Assembly: GCA_965237525.1 (NCBI GenBank)
Contig: CBDEFO010000008.1
Span: 1,696,001-1,760,000 of the forward strand
Length of the DNA stretch: 64,000 nt
Reading direction: 5' to 3'
Source: Candidatus Latescibacterota bacterium
GTDB taxonomy: Bacteria > Latescibacterota > CBDEFO01
Positions 36,958-46,359 of this stretch are shown here, piece by piece (the first letter of the stretch is position 1; each line of letters starts with the position of its first letter). The notes under the pieces were generated by a model. That model had not been told where the DNA came from. It saw only the letters and a list, made by a program, of their open reading frames with translations, and did not search any database. The position numbers and the translations under genes are program-made.

Positions 36958-37857
36958 ATGATGTTATTCTCTCAAAGAAAAGGTATTAAGGTCAAAAATG
37001 TCTTACAGGTTGATTCTATGGACAACGAGTTGAGAACTCGTCTGTGGAATACTTTGACAATCTTTTACTGGGAGGGGGTAGCTAGTTTTACCAGACCACC
37101 TGTTTATAGTGGTCATGGAGCTGTGCGTTTCACCCCTGATCATGATAATAATATGAATGTCTTAATTAGACGATTATGGCATAACTGTCATAAGCGGCCC
37201 ATTGATACTTTAAGGGACGATTGGTCTGATACTCGTAAAGAAATGAGAAAACATTTCTTTAATTGCGAGTGGGACAAAGTCTATGACTTTATAGAATTTA
37301 TTGCTAATAATTATCCTGAGATCAACCACTATGATAAAAGCAGGTATGTAAACCCGAAATTTATGAACGCTTGTAATTCTGTCTTAAAGGAGGAATCATC
37401 CGCTTACCGTTTTGTTGGAGGGAAGATTGCAGAGATAATCTCAGAAGAAGAAATCGCTGAAATAGAAGAGGCGTTACAGACCCCAATGAAAGGTGTTAAT
37501 ATCCACATAGAGACAGCACTGCACTTACTTGCGGACAGAAAATCTCCTGATTACAGGAATTCTATTAAGGAATCCAAAAGTGCTGTCGAGGCGATTTGTA
37601 AATTAATAACGGGTGATCCTAAAGCGACTTTAGGAAAAGCCCTAAAAGAAATAGAAAACAAAGTAGGGCTACATCCTGCTTTGAAAAAAGCGTTTGTTAA
37701 TCTGTATGGATATTCAAGTAATGAAAAAGGAATACGTCATAGTTTACTGGACGAACCTAATTTGGATTCTGAAGATGCGAGGTTTATGTTAGTTTCCTGT
37801 TCAGCATTTATCAACTATCTGATATCGAAATCATCAAAAGCAGGAATCGAGTTATGA
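36958..37857 (+). CDS. AbiJ-NTD4-type abortive-infection protein with HEPN-like C-terminus
   Basis: FSQRKG...LQVDSMDNELRTRLWN, WDKVYDFIEF, YRNSIKES..AVE, LYGYSS...GIRH, EDARFMLVSCSAFINYL; AT-rich. Confidence 0.8.
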   Translation: MMLFSQRKGIKVKNVLQVDSMDNELRTRLWNTLTIFYWEGVASFTRPPVYSGHGAVRFTPDHDNNMNVLIRRLWHNCHKRPIDTLRDDWSDTRKEMRKHFFNCEWDKVYDFIEFIANNYPEINHYDKSRYVNPKFMNACNSVLKEESSAYRFVGGKIAEIISEEEIAEIEEALQTPMKGVNIHIETALHLLADRKSPDYRNSIKESKSAVEAICKLITGDPKATLGKALKEIENKVGLHPALKKAFVNLYGYSSNEKGIRHSLLDEPNLDSEDARFMLVSCSAFINYLISKSSKAGIEL

Positions 37858-37974
37858 GTTTCTACGGGAAATAGGTCTTTCATTGAAACTTCTCCACTCT
37901 ACCATTTATCCTCGCCACGAGGGGGTCCGAAAACCCTTCGAAAAGCTGAGTTTATCGGACCTTGATTTCTTAAC

Positions 37975-40095
37975 TTACCCCTCTGCGGGCATAAAGTCTA
38001 TCTGCTTTGATCTTCTGTCAGCTCTTACTACCTGAACTCTAAGTCTGTCGCCCAGGCGATACTTTTTTCCTGTGTGGCGTCCCACCAGCATATAGGTACG
38101 GTCGTCGAAGTTGTAGTAGTCGTCCTCCAATATCCTTACATGGATTAATCCCTCTACCATAAAGTCCTCTAATTCCACAAAAAGGCCATAGGGTTTAACA
38201 TCCGACACGACGCCCCAGTATTCCTCTCCCAACCTCTCCTCCATAAACTCTATCTGTTTGATCTTTATCGAATCTCTTTCCGCTTCTGTGGCGTCCTGTT
38301 CTCTTTGAGAGGCTATGTGAGATATCGAGGGGAGGTGCTCTACAAGTTCCTCTCTCCTTTCATCACCTAATTTTCCAGTTTGGCAATCTTTCAAGATTCT
38401 GTGGATCATCAAGTCGGGGTATCTCCTTATGGGAGACGTAAAGTGCGAGTAGGATCTATATGCCAGTCCGAAATGCCCGATGTTCACGTGAGAATATAGA
38501 GCCAACTTCATCGAGCGTAGGAGTAGCTTAAAGATCAGATTCGCCCCTTTCTTGCCTTCTACTCTCTTGAGGAAGCCCTGCACGTAACCAGGGGTAATTT
38601 TGTCTTTGAGCTTGAAATTATATCCCAGGGACTTCATAAAGGTTGCAAAGTCTTCCAATTTGGTCTCATCGGGACTGTCGTGGACGCGGTACATGAAAGG
38701 TAGGTTCAAACTTTCGGCGTGCTCTGCCACTACACTATTGGCCAGTAACATAAACTCCTCGATCAATCTGTGCGAGTCGAGCCGCTCTACTTTCCGAATA
38801 TCGAGGGGCTTGCCATCTTCGTCCAGGATAACCTTAGCTTCGGGAAGATCGAAATCTATAGAGCCGCGGCCTTCTCTTTTTGCGATGAGAATCTTGCTCA
38901 GACTTTGCATAGCACAAAGATGCTCTTTAAGCCCCAATGCCTTTGAGCCTGCATTGTCGTCATCTCCGATGATCACCGCCTGTGCCTGCTGGTAGGTCAG
39001 TCTGACGCGGCTCTTTATCACCGACTCCACTATCTGGTAGTCTTGAACGTCCCCTGCCCCGTCCAACTCCAAAAGCACGCTCATTGTCAGGCGGTCTTCA
39101 TCTGGTCTCAGGCTGCATACATCGTTGGAGAGATTCTCCGGAAGCATCGGGATAACCCTGTCCACCAAATAGACGCTTGTCCCACGCGCAAGGGCCTCCT
39201 GGTCTAACGTACTTTTCTCCTTGACGTAGTAGCTTACATCGGCGATGTGGACTCCCAAGAGAAAATTTCCGTTCTCCTTTATCTCCAGCGAGACCGCATC
39301 GTCGAAGTCCCTGGCGTCTTCCGGGTCTATCGTAAAGCATACTATGTCTCTTAAGTCGGTGCGCCTTTCTATCTCTTCGGGAGGTATCTTCAGGGGTATC
39401 TTCTCGGCGTCTTCCAGCACATCGTCGGCAAAATCTATTGGGAGGCCGTGTCCTTTGATTATGGAGAGGATATCCAAGCCAGGATCTTCAGGATAGCCAA
39501 GAACTTCGCTGATTTTTCCTTCGGGATTTAAGTGCGGCGATTCCCAGTTGACGATCTTTGCGACTACCTTCTGTCCTTCTTTTGCTCCCTTTGCGTCCTG
39601 AGGGGCGATGTAGATGTCCCTTGTGATCTTGGGATCGTCCGGATCGACGAAGCCGAAGCTTTTGTGCCTTCTGTATGTCCCGACTAAAGATTTGAGGGCG
39701 CGCTCCAACACCCGAATGACCATTCCTTCAGGGGCCTTTCGGCGTGCTCCACTCCTGTGCAGTCTGACGACTACCCTGTCTCTGTGGAGCGCTGTGCCCA
39801 TATTAATGGCATCCACGAAGATGTCGGATCCTCCCGTCTCCCGCGTTACAAATCCCGATCCGCTCTGGGTTATAGACAGCCTTCCCGTCACAAGGTTCAG
39901 ATTTTCTGGCGAGCCGTAGCGGCCTCCCCTCAAACGAACAAGTTCGCCTTCCCTTTCAAGTTCTCTGATCGATCTCCTGAAAGCTCCGTAGTCTGACTCC
40001 GGTATGCGCATCGCCTTGAAGATCTCCCTCATCTTCATGGGACGATGAGCCATATCTTTGATGTAGTTGAGTATGTCCTCTCTCAATATGCGCAT
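37975..40095 (-). CDS. rnr: Ribonuclease R
   Basis: FTIDPEDARDFDDA, HFTSPIRRYPDL, cold-shock and S1 domains. Confidence 0.97.
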   Translation of the reverse strand: MRILREDILNYIKDMAHRPMKMREIFKAMRIPESDYGAFRRSIRELEREGELVRLRGGRYGSPENLNLVTGRLSITQSGSGFVTRETGGSDIFVDAINMGTALHRDRVVVRLHRSGARRKAPEGMVIRVLERALKSLVGTYRRHKSFGFVDPDDPKITRDIYIAPQDAKGAKEGQKVVAKIVNWESPHLNPEGKISEVLGYPEDPGLDILSIIKGHGLPIDFADDVLEDAEKIPLKIPPEEIERRTDLRDIVCFTIDPEDARDFDDAVSLEIKENGNFLLGVHIADVSYYVKEKSTLDQEALARGTSVYLVDRVIPMLPENLSNDVCSLRPDEDRLTMSVLLELDGAGDVQDYQIVESVIKSRVRLTYQQAQAVIIGDDDNAGSKALGLKEHLCAMQSLSKILIAKREGRGSIDFDLPEAKVILDEDGKPLDIRKVERLDSHRLIEEFMLLANSVVAEHAESLNLPFMYRVHDSPDETKLEDFATFMKSLGYNFKLKDKITPGYVQGFLKRVEGKKGANLIFKLLLRSMKLALYSHVNIGHFGLAYRSYSHFTSPIRRYPDLMIHRILKDCQTGKLGDERREELVEHLPSISHIASQREQDATEAERDSIKIKQIEFMEERLGEEYWGVVSDVKPYGLFVELEDFMVEGLIHVRILEDDYYNFDDRTYMLVGRHTGKKYRLGDRLRVQVVRADRRSKQIDFMPAEG

Positions 40096-40121
40096 AGATC
40101 ATAATAATCTGGTGAAATTGC

Positions 40122-40242
40122 GACATTGCCTCCGCCCGATAGATTCATTCGGGGCGCTCGCAATCACTGTTTACGTGTGTCGTTCAACTGCTTGACTTCG
40201 ACCCTGGGTCATTGCGAGGGGCGTTCGCCCCGAAGCAATGTC
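40122..40242. repeat. Head-to-head pair of GA(C/G)ATTGC...CGCAATGAC elements
   Basis: 40122-40166 (with a CCCGAT..TTCGGGG insert) and 40208-40242 (inverted). Confidence 0.75.
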
Positions 40243-40544
40243 ATCTATCTTCTGACTTGACATATCCGACAAGTTTTGTCAAGGTACTTGGTTTAAGTCG
40301 GTTCTATAGTAAAGATGAATCCCAAGTTGGATATATGTCAAGGCAAAAGTTCCCTGATTTGATTGTTTTCTTCCTTCTGCGTCAGCACAAGTTGATAGCA
40401 AATAACAAAAAGTCTTGACATATAGAAGTTTTATCGTTAACTTAAGCGGTGGACAAGGTCGGAAGTCTATGGATCAAAACATACCTTCTGGATAACCCCA
40501 TGGGCCATTTTCCGATATGTTCCCTCCGGATGAAAGGAAATCTA

Positions 40545-41225
40545 TTGCCAAACAAAAATGTGTTTTTAGGAGAACTGACGCGAAAAGAACTCAACGAAGC
40601 GATCTCGGGCGGTGTGATTAAGGGGGCAATTGTCCCGACAGGAGCCTGCGAACAACACCAAGATCACCTCGCCATGATCCATGACACTGCCAGCGTCACA
40701 GAAATTGCTAAGCGAGTTGCCATGAACTTTTACCCGCACGTTTTGGTCACGCCGACTGTTTCAATGTCAGTTTCAGAACATCACATGGATCGCGGGGGTG
40801 CGTTGACGATACGCCCTCAGATTCATCTGGAATATGTCCATGATGTCTGCCACAGTTTGAAACGACTCGGTGTTCCCAAGGTCTGTGTGCTCAACGGCCA
40901 TGGCGGAAATATGCGAAAGAGCCTGGAACCCGTTGCGCCTTTAGAGATGAAAAAGTTAGACGAACTCGGCGTCACCTACTTGACATACTGGCATGTCTGT
41001 CCGGAATCCCTTTTTGAAACGCATCTGGAATCGGATCGGGATGCGGGACATGCCGGGGAGTTTGAGACCTCCTTTGCGATGATCGCTTTCCCCCAGCGTA
41101 TCCGTTCCGATCAGATCACCTACGACAGTGCAAAACTCGCAACGATTCCCAAAGGCGGACACATCCTCAACGTTGTTGTTGAAGGCGTCACGGCGCGAGT
41201 TTCAGAGATGCTCGATGAAACGTAG
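40545..41225 (+). CDS. Creatininase family protein
   Basis: PTGACEQHQDHL..HD, SEHH, NGHGGN, HAGEFETS; start uncertain (TTG 40545 or ATG 40530). Confidence 0.9.
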   Translation: MPNKNVFLGELTRKELNEAISGGVIKGAIVPTGACEQHQDHLAMIHDTASVTEIAKRVAMNFYPHVLVTPTVSMSVSEHHMDRGGALTIRPQIHLEYVHDVCHSLKRLGVPKVCVLNGHGGNMRKSLEPVAPLEMKKLDELGVTYLTYWHVCPESLFETHLESDRDAGHAGEFETSFAMIAFPQRIRSDQITYDSAKLATIPKGGHILNVVVEGVTARVSEMLDET

Positions 41226-41264
41226 TTGGAAGATTACGCCACTTTAAGTGCTCTGGAGATATGT

Positions 41265-42461
41265 ATGAAACCCCTGGCTCAAAATACGAGCCGTATGAAA
41301 AGGTCCGGAATAAGGGAGCTTATGGATCTTGCCTGGGCAACTCCGGGGGCCATTCATCTTGAGGTAGGCGAGCCAGATTTCCCGACGCCTGATCACATCG
41401 TAGAGGCGGCGTGCCGCGCAGCAATGGACGGGTTTACAAAATACACGCCGAACGCGGGGATAACTCCCTTAAGGGAGGCTATCGTAAGGAAGTTTGAGAG
41501 AAAAAACAAAATAGAGGTAACTCTCGACAATATCGTCGTGACTCCCGGGGCTGTGTGTTCGATGGCTACATCGCTGCTTGCCTTGATAGATCACGAAGAT
41601 GAGGTATTGATCCCCGATCCTGGATGGCCCAACTACGAGATGATGGTCTTGTCCCAAGGCGGCGTCCCCGTAGGTTATCCTCTGGATAGGGATAGGGGGT
41701 TTAAGGTCGCTCTGGACGCCTTTGAAAGTAAAATAAGCCCAAAGACGAAGGTGATCATCTTAAATAGCCCGTCCAATCCGACCGGAGGAGTCCTGCAGGA
41801 GGAGACGCTCAAAAGCTTAATGGAGATAGCCTCAAAGTGGGACTTATATGTGATCTCCGATGAGATATACGAAGATATAATATACACCGGAGAACACATA
41901 AGTACAGCAAGATTTGATAGCGATGGTAGAGTGCTGACCGTATCTGGTGTATCTAAGAGCTACGCCATGACGGGCTGGAGAATCGGCTACGTTGCCGCTC
42001 CTTTACATATTGCCCAAGTCATTGCCAAGATACAGGAGCCTTACGTATCGTGTCCAGTATCTGTGTCCCAGGTAGCCGCTCAGGCGGCTTTGGAAGGACC
42101 GGAAGACTGTGTAAAAGATATGGTGAAAGCTTACAAGGAGAGGAGAGACGCTGTCCTGGATATCCTTCAAGTGAACGATCTCTACAGCTACACCCCAGAA
42201 GGCGCTTTCTATCTCTTAGTGGATGTCTCACGATCGGGGATCGATTCGTATTCCTTCTCGTTGGAGCTCTTAAAGGAAAAAAAGGTAGCTGTTGCTCCGG
42301 GAGAGGCGTTCGGAATTGCGGCAAAGGACTATATAAGGATATCCTTCGGAGCTCACAAGGACAATCTGATAGAAGGTACAAACAGATTGTGCGATTTCAT
42401 CTGGCAAAAATCGTCACAGAGTGAAACTAACAGAGTCTTGGAACGGAGATCGTCTTTATGA
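41265..42461 (+). CDS. PLP-dependent class I/II aminotransferase (AspAT-like)
   Basis: GEPDFPTP, NSPSNPTG, SDEIY, SKSYAMTGWRIG. Confidence 0.95.
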   Translation: MKPLAQNTSRMKRSGIRELMDLAWATPGAIHLEVGEPDFPTPDHIVEAACRAAMDGFTKYTPNAGITPLREAIVRKFERKNKIEVTLDNIVVTPGAVCSMATSLLALIDHEDEVLIPDPGWPNYEMMVLSQGGVPVGYPLDRDRGFKVALDAFESKISPKTKVIILNSPSNPTGGVLQEETLKSLMEIASKWDLYVISDEIYEDIIYTGEHISTARFDSDGRVLTVSGVSKSYAMTGWRIGYVAAPLHIAQVIAKIQEPYVSCPVSVSQVAAQAALEGPEDCVKDMVKAYKERRDAVLDILQVNDLYSYTPEGAFYLLVDVSRSGIDSYSFSLELLKEKKVAVAPGEAFGIAAKDYIRISFGAHKDNLIEGTNRLCDFIWQKSSQSETNRVLERRSSL

Positions 42462-43621
42462 GATTAAAGAGCGGATACTTTGCTCCATTCGTCTGTCTTT
42501 CTTTTCTTTGGGGGTGTGGGGAAAATCAGATCAAAGTTGAAATAAGGGGGACCGACGGAAAGGTGAGGGTCCACGCTGAGGACATCGTGATAAATTTCAG
42601 CGAGTTAGTTCAGGGCGAGTATCTCTTCACAGGTGAGTACATCCTTAGTGGTGAACTAAGGAGCGGTGTCTACCCTATATCAGCGGCAGTGGGCACTTAT
42701 TTGGAGGGTAAGGAGGTTAAAGTCGATGGCAAACCTATCCTGCCGTGGAGCGTGAATATCTATGCTGTCTCATTCGACGTGCCTCCGGGAATGCATGACA
42801 TGGACATGAAAGGAACTATAGCATTTGCTACTAATATGGAAGGAGACCACAATTGGGAGGTATATTCGATCAATGTGGACGGCTCAAATATGAAGAACCT
42901 GTCGCAAGATGCGGGATCGGACAGCGAACCTGTGTGGTCGCCCGATGGAACGAAGATAGCCTTTGTAACGGATAGAAATAAGGGCATGTTAAATAAAGAT
43001 ATATACGTAATGGATGCTGATGGCTCGAATCAGATCCAGCTTACTACTTATCAGGATAAGGACTACAACCCTGCCTGGTCTCCCGATGGGGAGAGAATCG
43101 CCTTTGTGAGCGACAGGGCAAAAAAGCCGCAGATATTTATTATGAACTCTGACGGAAGCGGCATAGAAAAGATCAACGACGGAAAGGGCTCAGCAAGGAG
43201 TCCCTCCTTTACGCCTGATGGCAAGAGGATTGTATGTCAAAGCGACAGGAACGGTTATGACGATATATATTCTATGAACATAGACGGATCGGATATTGTG
43301 CAGTTGACAAATCATAAGGAGTACGACTGGTTCCCAGCTTGGTCTCCGGATGGATCAAAGATACTATTTTCTTCCAGCAGAAAGGGCGCACGGGAGATAT
43401 ACGTAATGATGAAGGACGGAAGATGGAAGACGAGGCTCACCAAGACTGAGGATTACTACGAATGGTCCCCCGTGTGGTCGCCGGACGGCAAGGGACTTGC
43501 GTTTGCAGGCAATGCAGACGGGGATTACGAAATCTACATAATGAACACATCAGGGGAGGGCTTGAAGAAGATCACAGATAACAGTAGCGATGAACGGTAT
43601 CCCAGTTGGAGAGGCTTTTGA
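42458..43621 (+). CDS. TolB-like (PD40 repeat) lipoprotein
   Basis: LWGC lipobox; repeated P.WSPDG..IAF.S.R units. Confidence 0.88.
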   Translation: MRLKSGYFAPFVCLSFLWGCGENQIKVEIRGTDGKVRVHAEDIVINFSELVQGEYLFTGEYILSGELRSGVYPISAAVGTYLEGKEVKVDGKPILPWSVNIYAVSFDVPPGMHDMDMKGTIAFATNMEGDHNWEVYSINVDGSNMKNLSQDAGSDSEPVWSPDGTKIAFVTDRNKGMLNKDIYVMDADGSNQIQLTTYQDKDYNPAWSPDGERIAFVSDRAKKPQIFIMNSDGSGIEKINDGKGSARSPSFTPDGKRIVCQSDRNGYDDIYSMNIDGSDIVQLTNHKEYDWFPAWSPDGSKILFSSSRKGAREIYVMMKDGRWKTRLTKTEDYYEWSPVWSPDGKGLAFAGNADGDYEIYIMNTSGEGLKKITDNSSDERYPSWRGF

Positions 43622-43752
43622 AAAGCCTTTGAGATTTGCTCAGTTTCCAAGAAAATATCTAAATTCTTGAAACAAGAACAGTCAAAGGTAAGTCCTAATT
43701 AAATGAAGGTGTGTCTTAATCTCTTTACAACGTTAGGAAAGGAGGGAGTCGG

Positions 43753-44466
43753 ATGAAGGTAAAACACACGTGGGGGGCATGGTTAGCTGTTGGAGTCTTC
43801 CTGCTTCTGGGGTGCGCTTCGACAGGTAAGTCCAGCAAAGAGTCCCGATGGGAGACGATACCGGAGGGCAAAGGGCACCTTATCCTGGAGGCCGGAGGGA
43901 TTCCCGAGCTCGATTTCAGGATTGTAGACCAAGCCACAGATGAGGTGGTGGTCAAGCACGTTGGAAGGGGAAGCGGTTGGGCTCGTTCTCAGAGAACTTA
44001 CGAGAAGTCCTTTCAGGAGTCCGGGCTTCAGGAATTCGTGGATCCGGGGGTATATAAGGTGGTAGTCGATACAGACTTAGATCGGGATGACCCGATCGTG
44101 ATTGAAGATGTGGTTATAACGGCGGGACAGCGAAAGTATGTCAGAATTCCTGTGGGGAGATTCAGCGTAATCGTCACACGGATTTCCGGCTCCGGAGACA
44201 CTCAAACGTCTCGGCAGATCCAGATGCCCTTTACAGTTTTGGATTACGGTTTGAACACGGTCCTTATGACAAGGGGGATGTCATCCACACAGGTTAAATA
44301 CTTTGTCGTTCCTGTGGGTGCTTATAAGGTCAAATTAGAACTCCGGGGAACCCGTGAAACTCCCTCAGAGCAGCAGTACAGGGATCTGGCCATCAAATTC
44401 GGACAGGTGTGGCCTGTTCGGATCGAATTAGGAAGCACTACTGCTCAACCGGTAGAGGGACAGTAG
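43753..44466 (+). CDS. Hypothetical lipoprotein
   Basis: LLGC lipobox; two beta-rich G.YKV modules; strong RBS. Confidence 0.75.
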   Translation: MKVKHTWGAWLAVGVFLLLGCASTGKSSKESRWETIPEGKGHLILEAGGIPELDFRIVDQATDEVVVKHVGRGSGWARSQRTYEKSFQESGLQEFVDPGVYKVVVDTDLDRDDPIVIEDVVITAGQRKYVRIPVGRFSVIVTRISGSGDTQTSRQIQMPFTVLDYGLNTVLMTRGMSSTQVKYFVVPVGAYKVKLELRGTRETPSEQQYRDLAIKFGQVWPVRIELGSTTAQPVEGQ

Positions 44467-44505
44467 CAGCAAACCAGGGTGCTAAATTCTATTTATGGAG
44501 ATGAA

Positions 44506-45090
44506 ATGAAAAGACTTGAGGTCGTACTATTAATTGCGGTCTTTGTCTCGGTTATCTCCTCAAATTTGTACGCCGGACCGAGAGCCACTGTGGTGGACAG
44601 ATTAGGAAACAGATTCGAGGTCTCCAATCTGGAGTACTACGGAGGGCAGAGCTTCGACTTTATAACAAGGGATGGAAGGAAGAGATTGAAGTTTGAGAAG
44701 ATGAAAAAGATACAGTTTATGGGTGAAAGGAACGATGAGCAGCAGACCGTGGTTATTACTCTTCCGGACGGAAAGACCATCTCCGCTACGAAGTTTGTGG
44801 GGAGTTCGGACAGATATACTGGGGGGGGCTCAGGCACTCGGGCACTCGGATCTGCTATGTACCTTTCGGGTCAGACAAAGTTAGGGAAATTCGAACTGAA
44901 TCTGAGGGATACTAAAGAGATCATTATCCATCACTACAAATTGGTAAGGAAATGTCCAGTGGACAACAGAACCTTTAGACAGGAAGGGTACAGATTTTGC
45001 CCATATCATGGAGATAGGCTGGAGGAGATAGAGCAGAAAGAAGGTAAAGCAAAGTCTTCTGAGGTTGAGTCGAAGTCAGATAAAAAGTGA
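44506..45090 (+). CDS. Hypothetical exported protein with C-terminal CP..(x)n..CPYHG zinc-ribbon-like motif
   Basis: Signal peptide; KCPVD...FCPYHG. Confidence 0.72.
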   Translation: MKRLEVVLLIAVFVSVISSNLYAGPRATVVDRLGNRFEVSNLEYYGGQSFDFITRDGRKRLKFEKMKKIQFMGERNDEQQTVVITLPDGKTISATKFVGSSDRYTGGGSGTRALGSAMYLSGQTKLGKFELNLRDTKEIIIHHYKLVRKCPVDNRTFRQEGYRFCPYHGDRLEEIEQKEGKAKSSEVESKSDKK

Positions 45091-45110
45091 GCGCTGTGCG
45101 CAAAAAAACC

Positions 45111-45139
45111 TTGACAAATCACTCTGCTTGTTATATTTT
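45111..45139 (+). promoter_or_regulatory. sigma70-like promoter before a ~400-nt leader
   Basis: TTGACA at 45111, TGTTATATTTT -10 region. Confidence 0.5.
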
Positions 45140-45537
45140 ATAGCGTTAAACATGGATCTTGCCGTAGTGAAGTGATCTTTGGCTTGTGCCTTGATCTCCC
45201 AGAATACAGACTATACGGGGTCTGTAGGAGATGGGAAAGTCTGAGAGAGGATGGGTAAACCTGTTCCAGTTCGAATGAGAGAGTTAATATATCGGTAAAT
45301 AAATAGTTGCCGGAAAGACCATCACCAAAAAGGGCCTCCAGAAAGCCGGTGTGGGCACTTCGCGCGTTGCTGGAAACCCTCTTTCCAGGGGCATTAAGTT
45401 ACCCAAGGCGTATTAAGTTACAGCAACCCACAAATGGGCGGCGTGGTCACTTTGCTTGGCAGGTAGGAAGCCACGAAGTGGTCGGAGAACTTGCTTGGGG
45501 GAAAAACGTATCAACTTCACAGCGAGGGGTATCTACG

Positions 45538-46281
45538 ATGAAGCTTATAAGCTATCTTAAGTGGACAGTGGTTCTAGCAATGCCTTTGGGGCTCTTCGGA
45601 TGCGGCTATCGTTACTATGCGGGTCCCTTAGAACCACTGGATGAGTCTCGCCAGATCTCAGGATCTCAGGTGTTTGACGATGGAACAGTTACCTATTCTA
45701 TGGGCAGACTTGAAATTAGTCTGAGACCTATGACTGACGAGGAGTTGAATAGACAATTTGAGTCTGATTCTCAAAGTGGAGCCAGATCCACTAATCCCTA
45801 TACATTCGGGAACTCGCAATACTGGGCGTTAAGAGAGACTCCTCAGAGGTTTACGGTAATGAATCTCAGAGTTAAGAACTACGAGTTTGCCAAGATGCAG
45901 CTGGACCCTTCAAACATATTCATGACTACAGGAAACGGCAGGGAATACTCTTCTCTCAGCCTGCAGCAATTGGATACATACTATAGGATTTATGCTATAG
46001 GCTATAGAGGGAACGAGTTTGCCGAGTATGACCAAAGAAGGGATATCTTGGACAGAACTATGTTCCCTCCAGATCCCATCTTCAGCGGCCTGGAGGAGGA
46101 GGGATACGTGATCTTTGAGAGGCTTCACGACGACGTAAAGGAGATAAAAGTCCTTATTAAGGATATAGTGTTGCGGTTCGATTTTAGGGGAGAACCAGCG
46201 GAGACAGCGGACGTGGAGTTTTTCTTCCAAAGGGAGACAGGTAAGGTCTACAAGGACGGCAGAAAGGTTGTAAAGAATTGA
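45538..46281 (+). CDS. Hypothetical lipoprotein
   Basis: ATG 45538 with GAGGGG RBS; MKLISYLK...LFGC lipobox. Confidence 0.8.
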   Translation: MKLISYLKWTVVLAMPLGLFGCGYRYYAGPLEPLDESRQISGSQVFDDGTVTYSMGRLEISLRPMTDEELNRQFESDSQSGARSTNPYTFGNSQYWALRETPQRFTVMNLRVKNYEFAKMQLDPSNIFMTTGNGREYSSLSLQQLDTYYRIYAIGYRGNEFAEYDQRRDILDRTMFPPDPIFSGLEEEGYVIFERLHDDVKEIKVLIKDIVLRFDFRGEPAETADVEFFFQRETGKVYKDGRKVVKN

Positions 46282-46359
46282 TGAGAGGTTATTTATATGA
46301 CCTGTTGAATGAATCAAGAGGGAATTTTCATCTTTAAAGGCAGAAAGGAGTGAATCCCT

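Noticed and set aside
45240..45320. c-di-GMP-I riboswitch (GGTAAAC...GTTGCC)
   Set aside because: The GNRA-loop P2 and GCAAA/P3 core are not recognisable
45307..45537. N-terminal extension of the 324-aa ORF
   Set aside because: The lipoprotein signal and RBS point to ATG 45538
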